A DNA stretch of 64,000 nt from a virus. The notes under the pieces are model-generated. The model saw nothing but the letters and a program-made list of their open reading frames with translations. It ran no database searches and was not told the DNA's origin. The stretch lies in the IMG/VR virus record IMGVR_UViG_3300032240_003128; one strand, written 5' to 3'. A program made the position numbers and the translations under genes. Below, piece by piece: positions 48,259 to 58,011 of the stretch; the first letter of the stretch is position 1, and each line of letters opens with the position of its first letter.

Positions 48259-49021
48259 TTGTAGGTATTTATCCAATTCGTTGACATCAACAAATTGTGG
48301 TTGCAACACCACGATTGCAGAAATGCCAATCTATGTTGTAAAGCAACATAGTACTTACCCACCTTTTAAAGTTGATGTCACAGATTGCAATGGAGAACCA
48401 TACGATCTTAAAGATCTTGTCGTTGAAGCGGCAATGTGGACAAATGCAAGATTGAAGACAGCAATAACAATTACAGATAATTTGATTAGATTTGCAGACA
48501 ATGTGGGTTATGACAGTGTTGGTACAAGTTCTATTCTTCATGTTTCAAATGGTAGAGATTTTGAAAGAATGACAATTGTTGGTTTTGATGATGTTAATAA
48601 AGTCATTCAAGTAAATCGTGGAGCTTGTGATACAACTATTAGACCTTGGACTAAAGGAACTACTGTAAAAATATTAAGATTTTTCAATTCTCCTGCTTCA
48701 TCTGAATTGACTTACCACAACAGAGAGAATGTAGATGGCACTGTGACTCAAAATGTTTTGCAAAGAAGTACACTAATTTATGAATGGAAACCTGAAGACG
48801 TGTGCTTCATAGGAAAATATTATTTTGAGTTCAAAGTTTTGAAAATGGCTATTTTGAATAACTTGAATGCTTTTGATATTTCTACCATTAGCATCACGCC
48901 AATTAGCGAGATAAATTATCATTGCGAATTAGGTCTTGGTGTTGAATGGGCAAGAAGATTCCCCAATGACAAAGAAGGGTTTGTAATAGAAGTTACTAGT
49001 AGTCCAACAGCGGAGTGTTAA
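48251..49021 (+). CDS. BppU-like baseplate/structural protein
   Basis: VKQHSTYP..V...NGEPYDL and YEWKPED...GKYYFEFKV patterns. Confidence 0.55.
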   Translation: MVNCRYLSNSLTSTNCGCNTTIAEMPIYVVKQHSTYPPFKVDVTDCNGEPYDLKDLVVEAAMWTNARLKTAITITDNLIRFADNVGYDSVGTSSILHVSNGRDFERMTIVGFDDVNKVIQVNRGACDTTIRPWTKGTTVKILRFFNSPASSELTYHNRENVDGTVTQNVLQRSTLIYEWKPEDVCFIGKYYFEFKVLKMAILNNLNAFDISTISITPISEINYHCELGLGVEWARRFPNDKEGFVIEVTSSPTAEC

Positions 49022-49557
49022 TTTTGGTAGACATTAATCGTTTGCGTGTTAATTTTCAGATTCGTATTCCACAAGTAAGAGTAATGCAAAATGGAGAACA
49101 GTTAGGCATTATGCCTACTGAAAAAGCCAGAAATTTAGCCTACGATCAAGGTCTAGATTTGGTTGAAATGGTTCCTAATGCCAATCCACCAGTTTGCCAT
49201 ATTTTAGATTATTCTAAATATAAATACGAACAAAAAGTCAAGCATAAAGATCATATGAAAAAGCAGCGAGAAATGGTCCAAGCTGTTAAGGAAATAAGAT
49301 TATCTCCTGCAATTGGACAACATGATCTTGACATAAAAATCAAACATATTATTGAATTTTTAAATGAAGAGAAAAAAGTACAAATTTACATGAAATTTAG
49401 ATCAAGGGAAATGCAACACAAGGATGTTGGTTTTGAAAAAATTAATCAAATCTTAGAGAAATGTAAAGAATCAGCCAATGTGGAATTATATCCTAAATTT
49501 GAAGGATCAAAATTAATTTGTCGTTTGGCTCCGCAAAAAACAAAAGTTTCAAACTAA
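49021..49557 (+). CDS. infC: translation initiation factor IF-3 (non-AUG start)
   Basis: RVNFQIR..VRV..NGEQLGIM, GLDLVE, PPVC.ILDY.KYKY, KEIRL and FRSRE motifs. Confidence 0.93.
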   Translation: MLVDINRLRVNFQIRIPQVRVMQNGEQLGIMPTEKARNLAYDQGLDLVEMVPNANPPVCHILDYSKYKYEQKVKHKDHMKKQREMVQAVKEIRLSPAIGQHDLDIKIKHIIEFLNEEKKVQIYMKFRSREMQHKDVGFEKINQILEKCKESANVELYPKFEGSKLICRLAPQKTKVSN

Positions 49558-49609
49558 TTTAAATTACATTGTGTTTCGCTGACAATGCTTTATAAAAGAG
49601 GATTAAAAA

Positions 49610-49924
49610 ATGAGTGAGACGGGTAAGGTTGTTGATTGCAAACCTTGTGGTAATCAAGTTTTGATTGAGCTTTTGACTACTCAGGAAATGGCTAATACTA
49701 AGCTTATTCTTAATAACACCAATAAGAAGCTTGGTGCAGAATATCAAGCTATTGTTCTTGCTGTTGGACCTCAAGTAAATTTTGAATCATTTGGATTCAA
49801 AATTGGCAACCGAGTTGTTATTTCAGGTAATGCGGTTCCTGCGCCTGAATATGGTCCAGAAACTGAGCGAGAAAAGGTTCTTGTCGATCCTACAGCCATT
49901 AAAGCTGTACTGGTTTGTAAGTAA
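49610..49924 (+). CDS. groES: GroES-like co-chaperonin
   Basis: KPCGNQVLIE, AIVLAVGP, FKIGNRV and AIKAV motifs. Confidence 0.8.
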   Translation: MSETGKVVDCKPCGNQVLIELLTTQEMANTKLILNNTNKKLGAEYQAIVLAVGPQVNFESFGFKIGNRVVISGNAVPAPEYGPETEREKVLVDPTAIKAVLVCK

Positions 49925-50363
49925 CTTTTTTAATTTTGTATATAGGACGCATGTAATCAGGACCGCAAAATGACGCTTCTATATCAATTATATTTGACGC
50001 ACTCAAGCTAAAGTCTTTTCCTTGTCTTTGGAAAACGACCTTTAGCTTGGTGTGTTTTGGGACCAAAGGTGTTTCACCTTTTATTGTTCTGTATTGTGTC
50101 GGACTGAAAAATAATTTTGTTCCATCTTCTAATTCAGCTTCAATTATTTTTGTCTTATCAGATAATCTTTTTACCATGCCTTCTTTTGTGACGGTGGGAA
50201 TGTCAAAAATACCATCATTGATTGCCATGTCTATATCTGGCAAGTGATTGGGACGACCTGTGTATCCTAAAGTTGATACTGCTTGTGATCCGGTATCGCT
50301 ACTTGTAACCATAGCGCCGGGAAACAGACTCATACTTTCTATAAATTTTTTAAAACCAATCAT
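49899..50363 (-). CDS. virion-type hypothetical protein
   Basis: MIGFKKFIES start. Confidence 0.65.
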   Translation of the reverse strand: MIGFKKFIESMSLFPGAMVTSSDTGSQAVSTLGYTGRPNHLPDIDMAINDGIFDIPTVTKEGMVKRLSDKTKIIEAELEDGTKLFFSPTQYRTIKGETPLVPKHTKLKVVFQRQGKDFSLSASNIIDIEASFCGPDYMRPIYKIKKVTYKPVQL

Positions 50364-50410
50364 TTTTCACCCTATATTAGTATGTATACAAACTTGCAAG
50401 GATTTTATAT

Positions 50411-50803
50411 ATGTCGATTGAAAACCCAAATCTTGATATGAAAACTAAATCAAAAAAGAATAATCTTTCTGATAGAAACAATTCTATTAGAAATACTCCA
50501 AAACCAAAATATTTAACACATTCAATCGTCGAACAATTTATAAAAGAAAGTGTTGCTGATGATGATATAAAAGAAAATTTGTTTATTAAACTTAAAAAGT
50601 GTCCAGATGGAGCTTTGCAAAACTTTATTGATAATTTTGAAAAAAAGATAGCCTCTGTGATAAGTGAAATGTCTCCTAAAAAAGAAAAAGAAAGTTTGCA
50701 GCAAATCACAAACGAAGTTACTATTGAAGATATGGTTGCTTTGCGCAAAAGTCTTTCAGAGCAATCCATTAAGGAGTTTGAAAGTGGAACCTCTTCAAGT
50801 TAA
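50411..50803 (+). CDS. hypothetical protein
   Basis: AAGGA SD. Confidence 0.6.
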   Translation: MSIENPNLDMKTKSKKNNLSDRNNSIRNTPKPKYLTHSIVEQFIKESVADDDIKENLFIKLKKCPDGALQNFIDNFEKKIASVISEMSPKKEKESLQQITNEVTIEDMVALRKSLSEQSIKEFESGTSSS

Positions 50804-51221
50804 GATTGTTTGCGAAGACAGCGAGTTCATACCAGTAAAAGCAACAAAAGGTTCGCTTGGTCTTGATCTAAAAGCTAAACTTGAATCTGATGAAATTATT
50901 TTAAATCCTCTTGAAACAGTTAAGATCAAAGCAGGATTTTCCATAGCTATTCCTGATGGATATCATGCTAAAATTGTTTCCAGAAGTGGCATGTCAAGCA
51001 AAGGTATTATTGTAACCAATGCTCCGGGGATCATAGATAGTGACTACCGTAATGACATTTGTGTATTACTAACAAACATTGGAAAACAACCATATAAACT
51101 GGAAAATAAAACAAGAGTAGCGCAAATGTTTTTTGAGAAAAATGTTGATACAGAATTTGTTTTTGTTACTTCATTAGATCAGACAGAGCGCACAGGTGGA
51201 TTCGGATCAACTGGAGTTTAA
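50784..51221 (+). CDS. dut: trimeric dUTPase
   Basis: GLDL, SRSG, GIIDSDYR, AQ and RTGGFGSTG motifs; GTG start after AAGGAG. Confidence 0.95.
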   Translation: MEPLQVKIVCEDSEFIPVKATKGSLGLDLKAKLESDEIILNPLETVKIKAGFSIAIPDGYHAKIVSRSGMSSKGIIVTNAPGIIDSDYRNDICVLLTNIGKQPYKLENKTRVAQMFFEKNVDTEFVFVTSLDQTERTGGFGSTGV

Positions 51222-51225
51222 AAAT

Positions 51226-51435
51226 TTGAAAGCCTACATTGTAATTGCTGTAGCAATGGAAGTTGAAGGCAGATTGACTGCTGTAAAAGTTGAAAAGGCT
51301 TTTAATTCTCGTGAGTTGGCACAGAAGTATATGGATTCTATGCCAACAACTTATCCAGATAGAATTAAATTACCTGAACAATCTCTTAATTGTTTATGTG
51401 AACGCAATGTCTACGAAATAGAAGTGGAAGGTTAA
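51226..51435 (+). CDS. hypothetical protein
   Basis: TTG start after GGAG. Confidence 0.55.
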   Translation: MKAYIVIAVAMEVEGRLTAVKVEKAFNSRELAQKYMDSMPTTYPDRIKLPEQSLNCLCERNVYEIEVEG

Positions 51436-51436
51436 C

Positions 51437-52165
51437 ATGTCTAGTAATGTTTCTGAAGTTAAGAATGAAATCAAGATTGATCTTGCCAAAGCAAATGTTC
51501 AGGATTCTGTGTCTATTGTAATCGTACACAAAGATAAACCAGAATATCTTAATATTGCGCTACAATCCATTGCGGTAAATTCAATTAACAATAATTACGA
51601 GATTGTTGTTGTTGATAATGCTAGTGGAGCTGATACGCAAACATTTTTAGATGATTTAGAAAAAGATGTTAAAGTTGTCAGATCAGACAAAAATCTTTAT
51701 TTTAGCGCAGCAGCTAATTTAGGATTTAGGCATGCTGACAAAAATAGCAAATATATTATTTTCTTGCATCATGATGTTGTTGTTCTGAACCCTGCTTGGA
51801 TTGACTTGATCATCAATGTTGCTGAAGCTAATAAGAGCGGCTTTGTTGGAGTTGAAGCAGGATCATATTTTATTGGCAATCAAAAAGCTGAATTTATCCA
51901 AGAATGGTGTGTTTTGATGACACGCCAATGTTACGAAAAGATTCATGGATTCCCAGAACAACTTCCTTTAGTTGGAAACGCTTTTATTGCTACTCTTAAA
52001 GCGCAACAAGAAGGATTTAAGCCACAAGTGATGAAAAACAACATTCTTCATCATTATAAGAATTTTTCAGTTGATGTTAATACTTTTGAAAGATTGTCTG
52101 AAGAAGCTATGGCTTTGTTGCCTAAAATTGTAAGTCAAACACAAAGCAGATCAGTCACCAACTAG
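51437..52165 (+). CDS. family-2 glycosyltransferase-like protein
   Basis: VSIVIV, VVDNAS, NLYFSAAANLG and FLHHD motifs. Confidence 0.8.
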   Translation: MSSNVSEVKNEIKIDLAKANVQDSVSIVIVHKDKPEYLNIALQSIAVNSINNNYEIVVVDNASGADTQTFLDDLEKDVKVVRSDKNLYFSAAANLGFRHADKNSKYIIFLHHDVVVLNPAWIDLIINVAEANKSGFVGVEAGSYFIGNQKAEFIQEWCVLMTRQCYEKIHGFPEQLPLVGNAFIATLKAQQEGFKPQVMKNNILHHYKNFSVDVNTFERLSEEAMALLPKIVSQTQSRSVTN

Positions 52166-52174
52166 GAGTTTGTC

Positions 52175-52630
52175 ATGAAGATTAGCCAAGTTTTCAAGTT
52201 GCTTGATTCTATCGCAGACGATTATAACATTATTTTTAAGACACCAGATTGTAAACTTCTTCCTTTGCATTTTCATGTAACTGAAGCAGCTAGTGTTCAA
52301 AAGAAGTTTGTAGATTGTGGTGGTGTTGAAAGAGAAGAATCTTATGCTTCTATTCAGTTATGGACTGCTGATGATTACGATCACAGAATTACTACTGGTA
52401 AATTAAGAAAAATTATTCTTAATAATTTGATCCAAACTGATAATGATATGGATTTATTTGTTGAATGTGATGATAATAGCTTAACAACTTACACTGTTGA
52501 AAGTTCTGAAATTGCAGGAAAAACTATTGCTTTCCTTCTTGGAAAGAAAACTACACAATGCCTCGCACCAGATAAGTGCGGTGTTAAGGAAGCTCCTAAG
52601 AAATCTTGCTGCAAAGGCGAATGCTGCTAA
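52175..52630 (+). CDS. DUF6428-like Cys-tailed protein
   Basis: HFHVTE, FVDCGG, QLW..DDYDHR, CLAPDKC and CC tail. Confidence 0.7.
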   Translation: MKISQVFKLLDSIADDYNIIFKTPDCKLLPLHFHVTEAASVQKKFVDCGGVEREESYASIQLWTADDYDHRITTGKLRKIILNNLIQTDNDMDLFVECDDNSLTTYTVESSEIAGKTIAFLLGKKTTQCLAPDKCGVKEAPKKSCCKGECC

Positions 52631-53061
52631 TTAATGCTTTTAATAAAATTGATTAGTTTTGGATTATTGTATGTTTCTATGCGATGATTAGCATAGTTTG
52701 ATGCAAAAAACATACAGAAAAGTTCTTCTTCATCCATCTTTGGCTTGCCCTTATACAAACGGGCAAGCTTTTTCCATTCTTTCTTTTGCTCATTTGTTAT
52801 TGATTTTTCCCAGATAAGATGAGCAATTTCATGCAAAAAAGTAAATTCTCTGCCATAATTCCATGGAGCAGCTACTTCAATATCAAACTTGTGTATTACA
52901 CCTATATGATCTTCATCGCCATTTAAAGTGTTTTTGCATGTTAGTTTTATATTAAAACTTTTTAATAATTTCTGATATTTTTTAGGCAATTTAGCAATAG
53001 TGTTTTGAAGATTTTTTTCTTCTTCAGATTTTTGTTCTACGAATTGAATAAAACTTCTCAT
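52627..53061 (-). CDS. HEXXH metallopeptidase-like protein with capsid-targeting-like N-terminus
   Basis: MRSFIQFVEQ; FLHEIAH; EELFC. Confidence 0.7.
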   Translation of the reverse strand: MRSFIQFVEQKSEEEKNLQNTIAKLPKKYQKLLKSFNIKLTCKNTLNGDEDHIGVIHKFDIEVAAPWNYGREFTFLHEIAHLIWEKSITNEQKKEWKKLARLYKGKPKMDEEELFCMFFASNYANHRIETYNNPKLINFIKSIN

Positions 53062-53076
53062 GCCCTATATATGGGT

Positions 53077-53763
53077 ATGAAAAGAAGAAAAAAACCAACT
53101 CCTGAAGAAATTCAGAAACCAGTTCACGCTAGCGCCAAGAAAAAGGAGCTTTTTCATATTGAGTTCCTTAATTCTGTACAAAAAAAATGTTGGGAAACAA
53201 TTCAAGACAATGATATTGTTTTCCTTTTGGGCAGTGCAGGTAGCGGCAAAACATTTCTTTCTACCGCATATTCTGTTTACAGTTTCCTCAGAAAGGAAAC
53301 ACAAAAAATAACAATTACAAGACCTATTGTTGAAGCTGGTGAACGTCTTGGGTTTTTACCCGGATCTTTTGAAGAAAAAGTCCATCCTTATATGCTTCCA
53401 ATTTATGATACATTGGATGAATTAGTGGGTACAGAAGGACCACAGCGCATGGCTCTTAACAAATCTCTTGAAGTTGCTCCACTAGCTTATCTTCGTGGTC
53501 GTACTTTCAAGAATTCTGTCTGCATCCTTGATGAGGCTCAAAACTGCACATACACTCAATTAAAATTGTTCCTTACAAGATTGGGTCAAAACAGCAAATT
53601 GATCGTTACAGGAGATCCTAAGCAATCAGATTTGCCCGGTAAAATTGCAGTTATGGAAATTGTAGAAAAACTTAGAGGCGTTAAAGGAATTGGCGTTGTT
53701 GACCTGCCAGATTCATCAATCGTAAGGCATCCATTGATATCTGCAATTGTCGAAAGAATTTGA
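53077..53763 (+). CDS. phoH: PhoH-family ATPase
   Basis: GSAGSGKT, LGFLPG, AYLRGRTF, DEAQN, TRLG, GDPKQSD and VRHPL motifs. Confidence 0.95.
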   Translation: MKRRKKPTPEEIQKPVHASAKKKELFHIEFLNSVQKKCWETIQDNDIVFLLGSAGSGKTFLSTAYSVYSFLRKETQKITITRPIVEAGERLGFLPGSFEEKVHPYMLPIYDTLDELVGTEGPQRMALNKSLEVAPLAYLRGRTFKNSVCILDEAQNCTYTQLKLFLTRLGQNSKLIVTGDPKQSDLPGKIAVMEIVEKLRGVKGIGVVDLPDSSIVRHPLISAIVERI

Positions 53764-53764
53764 G

Positions 53765-56398
53765 ATGGCTTTAAGTTATAAATATTTAACTTCTGGCGGC
53801 TTTGAGCTAGCAGGATCAGCCGATAATTTATCCGGTATCCTGCATTACTATCAATTTCAAAATAATAATTTAGATAGTTTTGGTTTTTTTGATTTAGTTG
53901 GTTCGAGTCAATATCAAGCAGGAATTGTTAGTCAAGCAGTATTGACTTCTAAATTTTTGACTGTAAGTGGGACAGCTAGTAAAAATGGGGCATTTTTTAG
54001 TGGCAATTCTTTTACTTTTTGCATGTGGTTCAAGATAGGATCAATTAATAAAGACCAAAATGTATTTTATTTTGATAGCCCTGATGAAGATTTAGTAATA
54101 AAGTATTCTTCTTCTACAAAAAAGATATATTTCAATTCATTAAGCAATCCTATTTCTTCAACTGTTTTATCTGGAACATCGTGGTATTTTGTTTGCATAA
54201 AGAAAACTGGTTCAAATGTTTATGTTCAACTAAATAACCAAACACCTGTATCGTATGCTTATAATCACACTCCAATAAGATTTAATTCAGTTGTTGCCAC
54301 AGATTTAGATATAATATCACCGACAAAATATTCTGCTTTATATTGGGATGATGTTAGATTTTATAAGTATTTTTTAAGATCAGAAGAAATTTCTTATATT
54401 TACAACAGTGGTAAGCCTTTTGCAATAACTGGAGGCAATCAATCTGTTCTTTGGGATTTACCAGCACATTATTATTCCTTCGACAATTTAGTCAACGACG
54501 AAGCTGGTTCTGCAAACTTAACTTTGGCGTATTACAGTGTATCTGGCGGCACAAGTCCTATCGTTGATGGTAAATTCAACAATTGTTTACAAGTTGGAAA
54601 TACTTATGATTTGACAACACTTCTTGGATATGATTATTACGGCTATACATCTTACAATGGCAATATACTTGGGAGCGCAGGAGGAAGTTATTCGATTGCG
54701 TTTTGGATAAAACGATTTGCCGATCCTTTGTCTACTGTTACTCCTCAAATTTCAATTTTGTCTATTTTAACAGCATCTAACACAAATATAGTACAATTTG
54801 GCTATAACGGTAAAAATATTTTTAAAATAGATGATGGAACAATTTCTGGAGCCACAATAGAATTGTCTGCTCTTGCAACAACATGGAATCATTTCGGAAT
54901 AGTTTACAATAATGATCAAGGAAGATACACATTTTATTTGAATGGTGTGATTTTTGGAGAAATATCATCTGCAAGAAGTTTGCTGACAGCAGGAAAATTT
55001 TATCTTGGATGGGATGGAATTACTTATTCTTCTGGAAACCCTTATCTTTGCCAAGATGTTCTGATAGATGATTTAAGAATTTACAATTTCCCAATTACTG
55101 GTTGGGATTTTATTGCTTTGTATACTTTGGGATCATTTAGTAGCCTTGAAAAAAGTTTATCAATTAGTTTCAATATGGGAACTTTGCCTTTAAAAGGATA
55201 TCAAATAGAATCTTATGATTTTTATGAGGATTCATCTGATACACAGATTGTTATTCCTGATCCTAAACATAAACTAAGAATTGTTGTGCAGCAGATATGG
55301 GCAAGAAGTGTTGACGATGTTTGCAAAAAGATAAAAGCACTTAATTATTACATGAATATAAAGTCTATTTCTGTTTGGTCAAATAATTTAGTTGGACCTT
55401 ATGGAGGTGGCGAGGCAGGCAGAGATCAATATGGATATTATATAGACATTCCTGATTTTTGTCAAAATGCTGAATGTGTAGATTTCTGTATAGGCGTTAA
55501 TGCCTTAGTGACAATATCAGCAACAGCTTTTGCATCAAGCAGTAATGATGAAATTATTGCTACTGGCGGTTTTGATTTAACTGGCTCTGCTGTTGTTTAT
55601 TCAAAGAAAAATAAATATATTGCTTCTGGTTCCTTTGAATTAGTAGGAAGTGCCTCTGCTTCACAAACTGGTGGTATTGACGGTACATCTTACACAGCAA
55701 ATGGTGGATTTGAATTAACTGGTTCTGCTGGTATATGGTCATCTGATCAAGGAACACTGCTTGTTGAAACAGGTGGTGATATGGTCATTTCCAACATAAC
55801 TCCTTTATTGAAAAATGATGGTGGAACAAATCTAGTTGGATCAGCATTTTCTTCAAGAGAAAGTATTTGCGATTGTTTAAATGTTCCATATGTCGTTCAA
55901 ATAAGCCACAATTTGACAAAATCAAGCGAACTCACCAGATTTGCTTTAAGAAATAATTTATCTATACCAACAATTGTTTCAATGGTGTACAGTTCTAAGA
56001 CAGGTCAATATACAGGCAATATTAGATTGCAAGGGCTATCTTCATTTGTCAACGCAAGTGAAACTTGGACCATAACATTTAATTTATATTGCACTGGAGA
56101 ATTAAATCAATTTGCTAACAGGTATAACTGGATATTAAACTTAAATATAAAAAGATTTACAGTTGGATTTGATAGCAAAGAAACAAATGTAATTGTTTAT
56201 TTATTAAGCAGTTATATATGCCCACAATCTGATAGCAGTACGTTTAGATTTACCACCTCTGTAAATTTAAGCACATTGGTCACGCAAATAAACAATTCTT
56301 CGTTTATTAACTCTACTAATTTTAATGATAGGATTGGTCTATTTTTGTCTGACGCATGGCTTTCCAATCCAAATCTTGTCATGTCAGTTGGAGCATAA
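53765..56398 (+). CDS. LamG/concanavalin-domain structural protein
   Basis: two LamG-like domains (FCMWFK..WYFV..DDVRFY; IAFWIK..WNHF..DDLRIYN); GGF.L.GSA repeats. Confidence 0.8.
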   Translation: MALSYKYLTSGGFELAGSADNLSGILHYYQFQNNNLDSFGFFDLVGSSQYQAGIVSQAVLTSKFLTVSGTASKNGAFFSGNSFTFCMWFKIGSINKDQNVFYFDSPDEDLVIKYSSSTKKIYFNSLSNPISSTVLSGTSWYFVCIKKTGSNVYVQLNNQTPVSYAYNHTPIRFNSVVATDLDIISPTKYSALYWDDVRFYKYFLRSEEISYIYNSGKPFAITGGNQSVLWDLPAHYYSFDNLVNDEAGSANLTLAYYSVSGGTSPIVDGKFNNCLQVGNTYDLTTLLGYDYYGYTSYNGNILGSAGGSYSIAFWIKRFADPLSTVTPQISILSILTASNTNIVQFGYNGKNIFKIDDGTISGATIELSALATTWNHFGIVYNNDQGRYTFYLNGVIFGEISSARSLLTAGKFYLGWDGITYSSGNPYLCQDVLIDDLRIYNFPITGWDFIALYTLGSFSSLEKSLSISFNMGTLPLKGYQIESYDFYEDSSDTQIVIPDPKHKLRIVVQQIWARSVDDVCKKIKALNYYMNIKSISVWSNNLVGPYGGGEAGRDQYGYYIDIPDFCQNAECVDFCIGVNALVTISATAFASSSNDEIIATGGFDLTGSAVVYSKKNKYIASGSFELVGSASASQTGGIDGTSYTANGGFELTGSAGIWSSDQGTLLVETGGDMVISNITPLLKNDGGTNLVGSAFSSRESICDCLNVPYVVQISHNLTKSSELTRFALRNNLSIPTIVSMVYSSKTGQYTGNIRLQGLSSFVNASETWTITFNLYCTGELNQFANRYNWILNLNIKRFTVGFDSKETNVIVYLLSSYICPQSDSSTFRFTTSVNLSTLVTQINNSSFINSTNFNDRIGLFLSDAWLSNPNLVMSVGA

Positions 56399-56400
56399 TC

Positions 56401-56733
56401 GTGATTGTTGAAATTATTTCAATTATTAGCTTGGTATTTACAATTATATCTTCTTCGTTTGTTTTTTATTTTCTTAGATATCAATATTTGATACTTCAAG
56501 ACAATGCAAATGCATTTAAAATGCTTGTTGAATTTGTAAACAAGAATTTTGAAAAGAATCTGGAAGACCATGAAAACATTGTCAAAGTGATTGTTGATAA
56601 TGATGAAAAAGTTGTTCTGGCGCTAACTGAAAATGATCAAAAAATTGTAGATATGATTTCCGAATCACAAAAGAACTTCATAAACCTAGCCATGTTCTTG
56701 GGTTACAGACCTAGAAATTTAGAAGACCTTTAA
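56401..56733 (+). CDS. TM plus coiled-coil protein
   Basis: GTG after GGAG; hydrophobic N-terminus. Confidence 0.6.
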   Translation: MIVEIISIISLVFTIISSSFVFYFLRYQYLILQDNANAFKMLVEFVNKNFEKNLEDHENIVKVIVDNDEKVVLALTENDQKIVDMISESQKNFINLAMFLGYRPRNLEDL

Positions 56734-56778
56734 AAATTTTAACACGCTCTATTAAGTTAGACTAAATGGAATTTCAAC

Positions 56779-57744
56779 ATGTGTGTGCAATACAAAGCTT
56801 TTAATTCGACACGCAACTTTGGCGTTGAACTTGAAGTTGGTAATGAATACCCAAGAAGCTTTATATCAAGTGTTATAAAAAACACTACAAGAATGAAAGT
56901 GAATATATCAAATTACACACAATCTGTTAATAATGCTTATTGGGTAGTCAAGACTGATGCATCTTGTGGCAAAAAAATTAAAACCAACGGAATTAATGAA
57001 GGAGGTTATGAAATAGCCTCTTTTGTTGCTTCTGGAATTGATGATGTAAACAAAATATCTAATGTTGCCCGCAGCTTGAAGAAAAGTGGTGTACGAGCAA
57101 ATAACAATTGTGGTTATCACATTCATATCAATACTTCAGATTTCTCCGAAGAAGATATGGGCAGGCTTATAAGTTATTGGATTTTGATTGAAGATATTTT
57201 TTTCAATATGGTTCCTTTCCGCAGAACCGTTAATCGTTATTGCAAAAAAGTTAAAATTAAAAACAACACTTATCAAAAAGCTTTACAAGTTATAAAAGAC
57301 AGCAGCAAAATATGGGAAATGTATAGACCTAAAACATTTAACATAAGACATCCAAATGAAAAAAGATATTCTCTCAATCTTTTGAATTTTTATGCTGCTT
57401 CTAAAACAAAATTTAAAAGAAAAACAATTGAATTTCGATTCCCAGAAGGAACGCTTTGCCACGAAACAGTGAAAAATTTTATATTTTTGTTTTTAAGTTT
57501 TGTCGAAAACATGAAAATTGCAAAACATCCAAAATCTAAGAATATGAATGTTGATTATTTTTTAAATATTTGTGGACTAGGTAGTGAAAAAGCATTTTGT
57601 ATTCTAGACCATAATTTGATCAAGACAAAGATATGGATTTTGAAAAGACTGATTAGATTTAGCAAGGTTCAGGAATATAAGAACCAAGCAAAGAAGATCA
57701 TTTCTAGGATTTACAGAGGGTATGGCAATGCAAAAAGTTTCTAA
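56779..57744 (+). CDS. putative amidoligase (COOH-NH2 ligase type 2)
   Basis: FGVELE, TDASC, EIAS, CGYHIH, RY..N and TIEFR motifs. Confidence 0.85.
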   Translation: MCVQYKAFNSTRNFGVELEVGNEYPRSFISSVIKNTTRMKVNISNYTQSVNNAYWVVKTDASCGKKIKTNGINEGGYEIASFVASGIDDVNKISNVARSLKKSGVRANNNCGYHIHINTSDFSEEDMGRLISYWILIEDIFFNMVPFRRTVNRYCKKVKIKNNTYQKALQVIKDSSKIWEMYRPKTFNIRHPNEKRYSLNLLNFYAASKTKFKRKTIEFRFPEGTLCHETVKNFIFLFLSFVENMKIAKHPKSKNMNVDYFLNICGLGSEKAFCILDHNLIKTKIWILKRLIRFSKVQEYKNQAKKIISRIYRGYGNAKSF

Positions 57745-57931
57745 AACGAAGCGAGAAATGTTCGATGCTTTTACTGCCAAATATAAAAATGTTCCATCTG
57801 TTTTTATAGCTAGGAGTCTTGATTACCATGATAATCTTGGTAAATGCTTTGACTCTATTATGGACTATGATCCTTGTGTTGCGCAAGAGTTCGATGTAGA
57901 AAAAAATAATTGGCAGAGCAAAACCTTGTGA
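57722..57931 (+). CDS. hypothetical protein
   Basis: GAGG SD. Confidence 0.55.
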   Translation: MAMQKVSKTKREMFDAFTAKYKNVPSVFIARSLDYHDNLGKCFDSIMDYDPCVAQEFDVEKNNWQSKTL

Positions 57932-58011
57932 AAAAAAAAGTCGAAAATCATAAATATATCGTAACACATAATATAAAAAATCTAGGTCGTCAAATAATAA
58001 AAGGTGAAACC

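Noticed and set aside
53895-53912. GGTTCGAGTC tRNA T-arm-like sequence (similar at about 29832)
   Set aside because: Lies inside a coding region with no cloverleaf
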